From NCBI GenBank assembly GCA_903813345.2, contig CAIIXF020000001.1:44764001-44828000 (forward strand): a stretch of DNA of 64,000 bases, written 5' to 3'. A program made the translations under genes and the position numbers. The notes under the pieces were generated by a model. The model was not told the DNA's origin and searched no databases. It worked only from the letters and a program-made list of their open reading frames with translations. Positions within the stretch are counted from its first letter, which is position 1, and each line of letters starts with the position of its first letter. Positions 51,601 through 64,000 of the stretch are shown here, piece after piece. This DNA comes from Owenia fusiformis (taxonomy: Eukaryota).

Positions 51601-52515
51601 GGGGTCGGCTTTTTGTCTCTCAAGGACAGTTTTTGCTTCATAAACTGAGACAGGGCAATTCAGATAGCTTTCCGATATGATCAAAACAGCTGCCCTGCAT
51701 CTTTCTACAGCTTCCATTCTTAGTGAGAACCATATAGGACTGTCTGTGTTTTTCTCATCCTTATCAAACCAGATGTCTTCTGACAAGTTGTTTTCTTTTA
51801 ATTGTTTTGTAGTCTCAACAACAAATTTTCTCTCAAGAAAACCAGCATCAGGAGAATATGAAATAAATATTGACTTCTTCATTTTCTTTTTAGGAGGGGG
51901 TGGGAGTGGTTTTGCAACTGATAACATTGTTGCCTCCGCCTTTCTTGCCTCCATTTTAACTTCTTTGATAAAACTAGATTCCTTTTGGCGAGAGTTTTTA
52001 TTATTATATTTTTGCGCTGTATCAGGTTTTGCAAGATTGTCTTGATCCTGTTGTGGAGGTCTTGGAGAGATATTTCCATGTTCTTGTTTCAGTGGAGGCA
52101 TTTCTATATTATTATGCTCCAATTTGATTGAGTCTCGAGTTTTCTGTCTGTTTTGTTTGTTCTTTTTTACCTTTGGATCAACATCATTATGATTATCATC
52201 CACATTTTCCTTGTTGACTTTGTTTACCTTTTCTTTCATATTTTCTGCAATAATTTCTCCAACACTTGCATCCTTCATTTTGCTCTCTACTTTGTTCATG
52301 TTAGTGTTCTCATCAACTTGTTTCTTTTGGTCCACTTTTTTAAGTTCAATGTTCTGTTCATTTTGTCGTTTTTCATTCTCTTTGATAGCGTCTAATTGTT
52401 TATTTTCTTCTCCATGCTTTTCTACCTTTTCGACTTCATCGGTATGACCTTGTACAGCGTCCTTTGTAGTTATAGCAACACTGCCTGACTGAACTGTGTC
52501 AGTCATTTTAGTCAT
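45645..52515 (-). CDS. TIR-SAM-TIR-TIR protein, about 816 aa. Exons 51001-52515, 49361-49589, 48877-49047, 45645-46180
   Basis: Phase-consistent GT-AG exons (total 2451 nt). Disordered K/E/N-rich N-terminus, TIR1 (IFISYS...IWFD...SESYLNCPVSVYE), SAM (WSNNDLQEWLFKLGIKEFYRQSL..VDGFLL), TIR2 (VYLVYD...SPFVFHEV..A..LGKKLV), TIR3 (VFISYQW...WADI...ITPKYMQSDNCIKDL.LA..LKKPIIP). Confidence 0.85.
48157..48360. mobile_element. Short CAGGCCCGTAGCCAGG-type (hAT-like) MITE; related copy at about 62730-62942
   Basis: caggcccgtagccagg ... cctggctaggggcctg inverted ends. The same ends occur at 62730-62942 and one end at about 40150-40167. Confidence 0.55.
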
Positions 52516-52937
52516 GCTATAAGTCGTTTAATTCTTTTATATAAACATTAAAAATTAAATAACATGTATATCGTATGTCGACCGATTTGGCCATCATCAT
52601 GGTAACACTGTAACCAAGCATGTACTGTTCGGTAATCCGATAGAAGCAATCTAATTTGTTTAGTAAAGTATTTCTCAAACAGGCCTTTATTCTTCTGAAA
52701 GGGCTTTATTTGATTGGCTGTTCCATTCACTCCCGTTGCCAGATGATCATATTCCAGCGTTCTAAAACAAATTTTACTGTCAAATCGCCATTATATTAAA
52801 ACAATTTCAATATTCTTTATCTGAAATTAGTTATCAGATCACTGACAGTGAGGGCGAACGAAACAATGGCCGTTGTTGAAAAGTTTGTAAACTCTGGGAA
52901 GCTATTGCATTCTCCCCCCTCACTTGCATAAACCCAG

Positions 52938-52983
52938 CGAACTCCCGTGCAGTGATATACCGAGACACTGCATGGGAGTTCGT
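52938..52983. mobile_element. 46-bp hairpin mini-element with 8-bp TSD
   Basis: cgaactcccgtgcagtg-atataccgaga-cactgcatgggagttcgt flanked by AAACCCAG (52930-52937 and 52984-52991). Confidence 0.75.
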
Positions 52984-53129
52984 AAACCCAGCTGAACCCA
53001 GGCCGGGAACCCAGGATCCTTTGACCCAGGATAAAACAACTTCAGGAGCGGATCTGAAAACTTACAAGGAGGGGGGGGGATTTAAAGGCCTAAAATAAAA
53101 AAAATAAGGCCCAGAAAGGATCAGTTTAC

Positions 53130-54074
53130 TAGGGTATTCTTGTATTTGCGAGAGCGACTTTCGGCTGTCGGCTATCGGATTAACCTAGCTACTATTTTAT
53201 GATCAACTCATTTAAATTTGAATGGAGGCCAATGGAACAGTGCTGGTACTACAGGGGCGGATCTGGGAACCCAAAATTATTGTTGGCAGCCCCCCAGATC
53301 CGCCAGTGTACTATATGTTATATTATTATGAGCTTTATTATACTTGTATCCCACATTTAATTGGGCAAAGTGTACAGCGTAAACAGAAAAAATGAAAAAG
53401 CTTAACTAATTATCTATATATTATATTAACTAATCAAAGGGTGCTTGATCATTGCAAGATTTTATTGGATGCATTTCGTGTTTTTTTCTCTCTCGATAAA
53501 ATATTTGATATATATTTTGCTAGTACATTTAATATTATTCCCTCTGAATTAAATAGAAACATTAATTCATGTTCATGTTTTCTAAATTTTGACAGTGTTT
53601 TTTTTTATTTTATCCATGTAACTTGACCGAACATCTTTTAACTTATTGCATTCTTATACTTATTGCCATAGGAAATGGCATTCTGAACCGGTTTTCTTGT
53701 TACACATTAAACATTTTCTTTCTTCAATAGGGGTGATTGGTTTTGTGTAACGACCTGTTTCGATTTCTAATTTATGTGCGCTAATTCAATTAGCTTTGTC
53801 AAGTTATTTCTGTCTATTTCATTTTTGATTAAATCCAAGTAGGGTTCCTTGTTCAATTTTGCTTTTATTATCTTATAAAACCTCAATTTACCATTATTTG
53901 ATTTTATTTCAGTTTCCCAAAATTGGATGTATCTATTTTCCAGTAATTTCTTAATTTCTCTTGGTTTTAAGTTTGAATAGTTGGTGAAGTATTTAGATGA
54001 ATTGCCCGTTTAATAAAGTTAAACCGATAGCCGCTGACAGCCGTTAGTTGCATTCCGGCGAATACAAGAAGCCT
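53130..54074. mobile_element. MITE with TAGG...CCTA ends
   Basis: tagggtattcttgtatttgc...cggctgtcggctatcgg is inverted with ccgatagccgctgacagccg...gcgaatacaagaagccta. Confidence 0.55.
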
Positions 54075-54542
54075 ATTGGTTAGTTAGTAGGCCCTAGCCT
54101 ACATTTTCAAAACCTTAAAACACGCAGGCAAAAATTAAAAATTTGGCCCAATCGATCCTGGTCATGGGTTATCATGGACTTTCAAGAGAGCTCCCCCAAA
54201 ATAGCCATTTGTGAACCTTATATATACTGGAACCAATATCACGGGTGCATATTTTACACAGCGCATTGCCTTTTGTAACGTTTTTTGAAAGCCCTTGGTA
54301 AAACCCATCTCTTTTCAGTTGAAGATCCTATGTAAAGTTTAAAAATATTGACCAATCTCATCCAAATCATTAAGACTTAAAAACTGTTTGCGACATTTTT
54401 TGAAAAAGTTACTCTCGGAAAATAAGTAGTAGTTGTTGGTATCCAGTGCCAGGAGGAATTTTGACGGTTGATTTAAATCAAACAACACGCAAAAATGCTA
54501 TAATAAAAGCGAACTCGTTCTCGTTGTTCTGCCAATTAACCC

Positions 54543-54644
54543 TAGCCCTGCCCAAGTCGGTATTTTTTTACTTATATCTGATCTTGAATTATTACCATAA
54601 TAGAAATCAAGATAAGTAAAAGAGACCGACTTGGGCAAGGCCAG
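54543..54644. mobile_element. Hairpin mini-element of about 100 bp with 8-bp TSD
   Basis: tagccctgcccaagtcggt ... accgacttgggcaaggccag flanked by ATTAACCC (54535-54542 and 54645-54652). Confidence 0.7.
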
Positions 54645-55297
54645 ATTAACCCATATGATTGGAAATTCAACTAAGCTTACATAAAATGAATTCTTAAATA
54701 CTCAGGAATTTCGTGCAAGGCATAATTCACAATTTTCGGACAAAAAGTTTCACGTATCACATTTTAAAAGTAAACGAATAGGCTAATAGCCAAAGTGGTA
54801 AACTTCGTATGGGGCCTTTAATTTTTTTCTCTGCTTGGATACACAATTATTTACTGGGAAGTTTTGGATACAGGGATTTAGATTAATCTTATCCCGAGGA
54901 AAATGTGTGTAGGCCTAGGCCAGTCTCACGAGAGACCAAAGGGACCGAGGGATATCGGGTCGGGGGGTAAGCTTAAACACCCTAGGGATTGACCCTGTAT
55001 GATCAAAAAGCTTCCAACTTCTAAATTGAAAAATGGACTTTTAATACACTGATTTCTTTCAAAAATATTTTTCTATAAATAGCGAAAGTGTTCATATTAA
55101 TAGTTTTAAAATTTGAAAGATCTAAAAACACCGGTGAAAAAGTAAAAAATTAATATTTAGAAAAATAGTATAAAATTTAATATCAAACTTTTTAACCTTA
55201 AATACATAAGGGTTGTGTACTGGGAGGTCTTGATTACAGGGTTAATCCCACAGGATTGATTAAATAGAAAAGAAAAAAAATGTAGAGAGAAAAATAT

Positions 55298-55369
55298 TAG
55301 CAGAGCAAGGTTTCGATCCTCGGACCTCTGGGTTATGGGCCCAGCACGCTTCCACTGCGCCACTCTGCT
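55298..55369 (-). tRNA. Initiator tRNA-Met (anticodon CAT)
   Basis: AGCAGAGTGGCGCAGTGGAAGCGTGCTGGGCCCATAACCCAGAGGTCCGAGGATCGAAACCTTGCTCTGCTA: A1-U72 pair, GGG/CCC anticodon stem and GATCGAAA T-loop are diagnostic of eukaryotic tRNAi-Met. An oligo-T Pol III terminator follows immediately. Confidence 0.97.
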
Positions 55370-55813
55370 TCACGACCAATAGTGTAAAATATAAAGTATA
55401 TGAACAAATAATGATAAATAGTACAGTCAACCATACCGATTCAACCTAAATACTTCCCTGAAGGGGAAGTACTTATTGTCTTGTAAAGATATTTTTCATT
55501 AACTTACATTATCATAGAAATTTCACTCACCTCGAAAACTTCACATCGGGCGTGTCATTCATTTCATTTCCGGTTGGAATATTTCGCCTGCTCGGAAAAT
55601 ATCCTGATCTTTTCATAATTACTTACATTTTACATTATATGGAGAGATAGAACTATGCAAAGTGATTAGATATGTTTCAGCCGTAATGTAATATGATATT
55701 ACGATTTGTTGATAACCTAATTGTGACATAAAAAACGAAAACAAGGTGACACGTAGATCAAATTCACATATTATCGCCCAATAAATGAATATTATTTTGC
55801 AAATTTATTGGCT

Positions 55814-58800
55814 ATGTCGGTTTCGTCTGAGGACAAGAAGTTACGACTTGATAAAGACGATTCTACTCCTGGGAAATACTGGGGCAGGTTTGTAGACTAT
55901 TTTTCATATTCTTGATGAATAAGTTCGTGATGATATTTTGTTCAGTGCACAGGCACTGAAAAGAAAATCTAGAGTAGATTTCATGGCCTGACTTTGTCGG
56001 TAGAACTTGAAAAATAAGATTTACCTGAAGATTAGGAGTCTTACTTACACTCTAGAGGTTAGAACACACATTTCAATGAAACCTTATCACCTTAGTTGCT
56101 TCAGCTAAAGATCATTTAGCACAATATCCAAGAGGTAAATTATGGATCGTGAAAATGAATGAGCAAGTTCCGGAAGTTTCAATACGATAAATTACCAAAC
56201 ATTTGTGAAAATTGAATCTTTGTTCATTGATTTTATAATTTACACGTGTGTGTATTCGTCTACTCTTTGGTCTAAATTATAAAGCATCACAAACAGGTCC
56301 TAAAATATTAATAGACTAATACAGCAGACGACCCATTCATACTTTCCATGCAGCATTTCATTCAGACCAATAGTTCAACTGTAGATCATGCACTTTTTCT
56401 ATCTTAGAACAGGCCATCCTCCTCTGCCCTGTCCTAAACTCGTCTGCAAAAGAGACCACAAAACATTCTTTTCAAATATTTTGATTATTTTTACATCAGA
56501 CATTGTTGGATGATATGTCACAAAATTAAAGTACAAGGTCAATACAGTATTTCGTGAAAGAGGCAACGCCGTCCCGGAAGTAAACACGAGGAAAATGGAA
56601 ATGAAAATTGTGAAAATGGAACACAAATTTCAATCAAGTACTGTGCTTATGCTTCATCATGAACAAAACATAGCTGATATGGTTTCATTAAAATGTGTGT
56701 TCTAACCTCCTAATCTTCAGATAAATCTTATTTATCAAGTTCTACCGATGAAGTCAGGCCATGAAATCTACTCTACCACCCACTTTCAGTGTACCTGCAA
56801 GGAAAAAGGATTTCCCCCCATGTTGTATATGTATACCTTACACCTAATCTGGTATCTGATAATCGGAGCAACACAATGCTTTTTCATGTTTATAAAAATA
56901 AATTTTAGACAGTAGAATGCTCTAACCATAACGTGACCATGGAATGTACATTCACAACATATCTGTTCTTTGTATTGACATATTGTAAACCATAAATTAC
57001 CATTAAGAGTCAAAATAATAGATATTTAAAAGAAAATTAAATCATAAAATACATGTAGTGACACTCATGAAAATTATAAAGGTCACTATGAATGGCAGAT
57101 GTTTTTGTCACTATATCCAATTCATCAGTCTTATTAATATGTTGATTTAGGATTAGTGAGAAATGGTAATTCAGTGTCTTATCTTTGCATGGTGGATTTT
57201 CATTTTGGTCAATTCTACTATCTGCTGCTGTGCCTCAAATTCAATGTCTTTTTCTTTTTAAATTTCAAAAGTTATCAAAATAAGAATGAAATAATACAGT
57301 TTGTCACTCTCTTTGAGCTCTCTTCCTACTAAAGTTTTCAACAGAAATATTATCTTTTCCCCTAGGATGACAAATGAAATAGAGGCTGTCTTTAATGCAT
57401 TGTTTCATGCTTTTCTTGCTGCAAGAAGAAAAATAGTGAAAAGATTATTACTATAATCCATATGTAATCCCATGAAACGAAATCACAAATTCAGATGTAG
57501 AGAGGCTGATCATTATTAAGAAGGTCATTTTGAATTTTTTGCGATTTGTTTTGGGCACATTTGATGTTTTGCTCTTCAAATTCTGTTTTTAATAGACTAG
57601 ATGCGAATAGAAATAATCTTGATTTACGTCATTAAATATTCAAAATTCAGTCAAAGTGATGTCATATTTGAAATCTACATGTAAAAGTATGTCTAGAAAA
57701 TGGTTTCGAAGATGGTTTATCAACTTTGAAAATTTAATTTTTTTTGAAAATGTGACTTCTAGCTCGGGTTGATTCCTCATAGACCCCATGTTACAAAATC
57801 ACAAAAAGTTAAATATCTTTTCTTGTATTGGACAGATAACATTTTCTTTTACTGGACATATTTTAATTTTCATAACTATTAGATACATAAGGGTTATATA
57901 AAAATTTAGCCACTACAACAGATGTAATTTAAGTTAAAGGGAACTTTCTAATATACCCGCCATGTTATCTGACCCGAACGAGCCACCTGGTGGCGAAACT
58001 GGTAACTACCTACTCGCATCTGCGTTATTGTACAGTGATCTCCCCAGGATTTTTTCTCAAGTGGGTGCAAAATTCTCATTTTCACAATTCACACTGAAAT
58101 TGGTCAAAACATGCCTATATTCATGATTTTTCTCATTTACAAGTGGATGCAAATGGATTTTCAGGTGGGTGCAAGCCTGTTTTTAAAATTTCAGGTGGAT
58201 GCTGCACTCACTTGCTTTAATGCTTGGCAGGTCACTGTGATATAACTGTTCTAGCTGTTACTTCTGTTCTTTCAGTATCTCTTTTATTTGTGAGAGTAAA
58301 TGAATATCTCACATATATAACTGTTTGTTTATATTTGAGGTGTTTATGTTCATCCATGTTCAACAATAATACCTTTCTTCATCATCTTCTAATTTGTTTA
58401 CCCATGTTTCCATTATGTCATACATTTATGTAAACTTTATTTCAGAGACGAGAAGAGACTATGGGGTGCCTCTCTGTTTATAAGCTGTGCATCCCTCTAC
58501 ACAACACGTTCTGTTATGCCTATGAGCATTGTATCAGTAGCTAAAGATGTCCACTGGGACAAAGTACAAAAGGTCTTTAAATTTAAATTAGTCCAATTTT
58601 ACATTAAAAATAGTACCCTGGTCAGTTTATAACCTGAGCCATATAATAAAGGAAAGGCCAGATATAATATCAGTGTGTCATTTTTATGTAAACTTAATTA
58701 ATTTTATCTGGAGGGGTTCTGATCAAGCCCCTATCATTTTTGTTTATTACATCAGTACAGCAAATGAAGATTTTATTTTCAATCTATGTACATAAAGACA

Positions 58801-61800
58801 CGCACATATCGAGAATTAGATTTTTATGTAAACTTAATTAATTTTATCTGGAGGGGATCTGATCAAGCCCCTATCATTTTTGTTTATTACATTAGTACAG
58901 CAAATGAACATTTATTTTTCAATTCATGTACATAAACAGACGTACATCTAGAGAATTTGATAGATCAGATTTATATCCAACAAAATGAACTTCCCAGATT
59001 AAAACTAAAAGTCCACTTTTCCTGAGAAAAGTGAAGCAAAGTGAATTGAACAAATCAATAGAAATATGAACTCTAATCATCACATCCTGAAACAATTTCC
59101 TTTTCCAGGGCACAGTGCTTTCAGCCTTCTTTTGGGGTTACTGCATGACCCAGGTTTTGGGGGGCTATCTGAGCGACCGTATAGGAGGTGATATAGTTCT
59201 CATCGTCTCAGCTACAGGTTGGGCTCTGATTACATTCTGGACTCCATTCATAATAAAGCTTTCATCCGATCAGCACACTGCAATGGTTCTAGTTGTGATA
59301 TCTCGAGTCCTTTTAGGTTGTTTTCAAGGTAAGTGATGACATATGTACTATTGTTGTTTATTTAATGTTTTACATTTTAAACACAAAAAGCCCTTGCATA
59401 CTTTATCATTTATTTGGTTTCCGCATGACAGTCATGTAAGATGAGATGATGATGATCACCTTTTGTTTCATGTGCAATATTCCCTGATCCAGATGTCCTT
59501 TGATTAATTCATTTTGACTGATCAATGATTCCCTATGATGGATCCTCAATGACCGATTCCCCATGTCTAATCACATATGACCACTTTTCATAAAATATCA
59601 CATATGTGCCTTATCAAATCATGCATTATGGTTTTTTTCAGGTGTACATTTTCCCAGTGTTACAAGCATAGTGTGTAGAAAAGTAAATGACCAGGAGAGG
59701 TCTCTAATATATAGCTTCATTACATCAGGGTCTCAGTTAGGGTAAGGACATGGAGGATATTGCCCTTAAATTAGAAAACTTTTGTTAGTGATTACTTCTC
59801 TTTAATTCTCTATGATGAACATTTGAACACATCTCTTAACACACTTCTGCATCTTTTATACACTGAGGTCATTCAATTTGTGTTTTTATTTAAAAACAGT
59901 ATATTTTCACACTACCTGTTTTTAGGGATTCAAGATTGTTCGCTTTATTCACTCTTTAATATATTAAATCTGTTACAGTAGTGCTTATATTGACATTTTT
60001 TTTCGATTCATTAAAGTTTCAAAAATTTCAAGATTATTCTAACACAATGACAACTTTGAAAAAAGTTGAGATCTATGTCTTTTTCTCCCTTTAACTGGCA
60101 AGTAAATAGCTTGATTTCATGTTTTTGCAGGATATTGATATGTGGGAGTGTTGGCTCCATACTGTTAGAAAGATTTGGCTGGTCCAGTGTTTTCTATGTC
60201 TCAGGTGAGTAACCACCTTGATTCAAATCTTAAGTTTCTTTGTTCATTTAAAGGTTGAACACACAAAATATTGTTTTGCCATGCTTGATAAAGTCTCAGC
60301 TGCTCCAAATATGGAAAAAGAAACATCTTTTCAGGAATATTGAATTTTCCTTATAATATGAGAATATAATATGATATATAATATGTACACATATGTATAC
60401 ACTTCTGTTTGGATTTTTGAAATTAATGATTACATGTCTATATCTCCTCAAGTATGTTTAATGAATGAGAATGAAATATGATGTAAACTTCTGGAGTTGA
60501 AGATTGTGAAAAGAGAATTTTCGTGTTCTATTGAAATCAATAATTTAACAATATCAGTCATAAAAATTGGATGAAAGGAAAACAGAACTTGTACTACCTC
60601 TTATTATATTTCAGGATGTGCAGGTATTTGTTGGGTGTTTTTCTTAAAGTATTATCTTGTGGCACAACAAAGAAAAAAACAAATAGTTTTATCAATGAAA
60701 GACAATATCGTAGCAGGTGAAAAATCTCACACAGATTCTGGTGCAGTACCTTGGTTATTGTTCTTCAGAAAACCTCCATTTTGGTAAGTTAAAATATTTA
60801 CATTTTAATATACATGTACTATCAAATTCTTGAGCTGATGAGCTTTTTGTGGTTCTATTATATTAGAGCTCTTCTATTATTTTTTTGTGAAAATTTCAGT
60901 AAAATGATATTTTTGTTGTAAAGTACGATATTATAATAAATAAATTTTACTTGACTACAATTGTTGACATTTGGATATCTTACACAAAACTAATTTTACA
61001 TTGTATCAAATTCCTTTTATTTTTTCCAGGGCAATCATAGTTGCACATTTCTGTCATACCAATGCTTTCTTCATCTTATTCTCATGGCTCCCAACCTATT
61101 TCCATGACAACTTCCCTGATGCTAAGGTAAGCTGTGTATGGCATATACAATATAAGCAGCTGTGTATGGCATATACAATATAAGTAGTTTTGCCTCAAGA
61201 ATGTGTACCCCTCCCTCTGTATTTCACACCCAACGTAACAGATGTGTTGGAAGTGAAGTACAGGGGCATGCACAGTCTTCAAGCAAGACTATAATATAAG
61301 CAGCTGTGCGTGAGGTGTTTAAGGTAGAAACAGAGATAGAAATTGTTTTATTTCCCAAATTTTGCCTTGATTGGTATTTTTCCACCTAATATCTCATTCT
61401 TTGTTATGCCTATATTCCAATAATCCAAAGTATCATTAGTTATTACATACTATTATAGGAAATGCAGAGATTTTGATTTACCATACACAATGTTTTTAAT
61501 GAGCATTCAATAAGTCATATGTAATATCATATTTCCTTTTCTTTGGTAGGGTTGGGTATTTAATGTGGTCCCATGGATTGTGACAATACCCAGTGCAATA
61601 CTTGGTGGTCATCTTGCCGATTTGTTAATAAGAAAAGGTAAGTTTAAAACTATTAATTGAATGTGCTCATGTAGGAGGGGAGTTTACATCTTATATTGGT
61701 GATAAGAAGTTTTACTGTGTTACTTATGAATTTTCAATTAAAGGTGCAACAAAAACTATAGACAAGTCGAGCATAACTCTCAAAATTATTTGCAATTTTT

Positions 61801-63675
61801 TTTACATTTTCCATGTTAGATTTATTTTCTAATAAGAGTCTGATAGTTCCTACTTTATTTCTGTATAATCTTTAGAGATTTAGGAGATTATCTTATCAAT
61901 TTAAATAACATGCATCTTTTATTTTTAATAACTTCCATATCTGATCAGATTTCGCTTTTGTTTTTCATAAAACATTTTTTTCGATCTTTCACAATTTCAA
62001 AGTAATTTCATATTCAGTTTTCATACAAAAGTATAGTGCATAAAATATACAGGCTATGATATCCTCTTTAGTCTTTGTTGCCACTTTAAAATGAATGACC
62101 GATGTCTGAGATATAAAAGATGTCTTTTAGTTTTGAAATTTTTTTGCATTGGTACCAGTCGAAATTCTGCTGCAGTTGAAATAAATTTCTTTTCACCTTT
62201 CAGGATACAGTGTTACATTTACCAGAAAGTTCTTAGAGGTAAGTCTACTATAGTCTTCTGAGAAATTTAGAAATGCCTCGTCAAATGTGTAATCTAGGGA
62301 ACATTTCCGGAAATGAAGATATGGTTCAGACTTCAAACTATTGTCCTTTTAATACGAAGCCATAAAAGCTATGAATGTTCTGGTAATTACACACCACTGA
62401 CTTATTTATTCTTAGACATTTTACCTTTATGAATGCATACCTCTAACACTTTTCTTACTCATACCTTAATCGCTATTTGAAAGAATGAATAAGCATAAAA
62501 TCATGCAATTGCTAAATTGACTAGTTATATGTACATGATTAAGGGGGGGGGGGGCATTCAATCTCTCAGATATGTACCTGTTAAGGACAGATTATTTTAA
62601 TTTGTATCTTTTTATTATTGATCATTTCAGAAATTCATATGAAATGCATACCCATTGATCGTCAAGACCTTGGAGACTCTATTTTCCAAGCAGATAGTCT
62701 ATGCACCTTAATATGCTGTGTGCTATCTTCAGGCCTGTAGCAAGGGGGGAGTTCGATGGGTACGACATTCAACATTACGTAAAGGACCGTGTTTCTTTAC
62801 AGAATGTTTTCAATAATTGATTTAAGAAAAAAACATTGTTGAATTCAGTTCACCATATCGATACCAATCCTTTGTAAAAAATGAAACCCCAAGGAATTTT
62901 CCAAAAAGTGAACCCCCTTGGCAAATCCTGGCTACGGGCCTGTTCTTGTACTGAAAAGTGAATAGATTTTGAAGTTGCATGTAAATATGAAGCATATGGA
63001 TCAGCATTCGGAAATTGCATTGTCAGTTGCTGCATTCTGCCTGATTTGTCCAGTGCACACCGAAACACCCTGAAAACGGTAAAGTCAGATACCATTGTCA
63101 CAAATGGAGGACGTAACCATGGGTTCAACTCATGGTTTCAACTCTTCGCCAATCACTTGGTTCTCATTTCATGGGACCTTATCATCTTTTGTGCATGTAT
63201 TATGCCTTTGTGATGGTGTATTATATGAAATCCCAATTTCCAACTTTACTGACTTAACCATTGTCAGGGTGTTCCGGTACTGTGTGAATACATTTGAAAT
63301 TAAACCATGTAGGCTTTTGCTACAACAAATGAACAATTGTACATTGGATAGTTTCATGATGTCACAGATTTTAGCATTAGGTCTAAAAACAAATCAACAG
63401 TAGTGTACGCTGATGCTGTTATTGTAGTTAGAATGTACCAATGACATAATATCCAAAAGGTGGCATGATTCACCAAACTTCTTTATTAAACCCATGTTTT
63501 CAGACCATCTGTGTGCTTGGAATGAATTTTGGTATGCTATCAGTCACACATTGTGACAACATACACAGTGCTGTAGTGTGTATGATGATAACTACGGCAG
63601 CATCAACTTTCCATATAAGCAGTTGCAATCTCAATGCTGGAGATATTGCCCCAGAATATTCTGGTTCTGTCTTTG
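55814..63675 (+). CDS. SLC17A9: SLC17A9-like (vesicular nucleotide transporter) MFS protein, 3' end outside window. Exons 55814-55887, 58446-58572, 59109-59328, 59642-59741, 60131-60204, 60615-60783, 61030-61126, 61550-61637, 62204-62238, 63504-63675
   Basis: Spliced translation gives W.RDEKRLW...LYTTRSVMP...WDK..KGTVLSAFFWGYCMTQVLGGYLSDRIGG, SRVLLGCFQGVHFP, VPWLLFFRKPPFWA, LFSWLPTYFHDNFPDAKGWVFNVVPW and DIAPEYSGSVFG, characteristic of SLC17A9. Confidence 0.9.
55970..56775. mobile_element. MITE with TAG...CTA termini in SLC17A9 intron 1
   Basis: tagagtagatttcatggcctgactt is inverted with aagtcaggccatgaaatctactcta, and the arms extend inward. No clear TSD. Confidence 0.7.
57597..58020. repeat. 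Interspersed repeat of about 400 bp, copy 2 (inverted relative to 34247-34645)
   Basis: Reverse-complement similarity over about 400 bp. Confidence 0.8.
58680..58950. repeat. Tandem duplication of about 140 bp in SLC17A9 intron 2
   Basis: tttttatgtaaacttaattaattttatctggagggg.tctgatcaagcccctatc... occurs at 58681 and 58821. Confidence 0.85.
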
Positions 63676-64000
63676 GTAAGGACTAGTGAATGTATAACTT
63701 TGTCCCTTGTATAATTTTGTGTGCTATATGTTTACTGTGTGGATTAGAAGATAAGGCCGGTGTAAAAAAGTAGATGTTTAACATACCGCCACATTTACTT
63801 TAAACATCATAAAAAGCAGGCCCATATGGCACTTTGGAAAAAAACTGATTATAAAATGGGTGGCAACGTTCTTTCTGCATTACACTACACATACTTGGGG
63901 TGTCTAACATACACCAATTGGGCAAAGTCCTGGGAAAGTCCAATGGAGTCTCATGAGATCCCACACAATGGATCTACGAGTAATAATCCCCCATCATGCC

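Noticed and set aside
55157..55363. 68-aa ORF 'MAQWKRAGPITQRSEDRNLALL'
   Set aside because: It is a translation of the tRNA-iMet gene.

Overview
AT-rich animal (invertebrate-like) genomic DNA with GT-AG introns and no prokaryotic features. It contains five protein-coding genes: an intronless MFS transporter (197-1627, +), an 11-exon mitochondrial prolyl-tRNA synthetase PARS2 (25659-36795, -), a Tctex1-domain dynein light chain (41360-41983, +) with upstream RFX X-boxes, a 4-exon TIR-SAM-TIR-TIR protein (45645-52515, -), and an SLC17A9/VNUT-like transporter (55814 to beyond the window end, +). An initiator tRNA-Met gene lies at 55298-55369 (-). The rest is dominated by non-autonomous DNA transposons. 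3826-19393 is a nest at least four levels deep, read from termini and target-site duplications (TSDs): a MITE containing a foldback element, containing an Academ-like element, containing Transib-like, Chapaev-like and Tc1-like elements. The most unusual observations are (i) a 46-bp hairpin mini-element with an 8-bp TSD, present both empty and carrying a cassette between lox-like palindromic sites, (ii) a 57-bp in-frame tandem array built from a PARS2 exon end plus its splice donor, and (iii) the triple-TIR/SAM protein. All family assignments are from motif recognition by eye; no database search was run.
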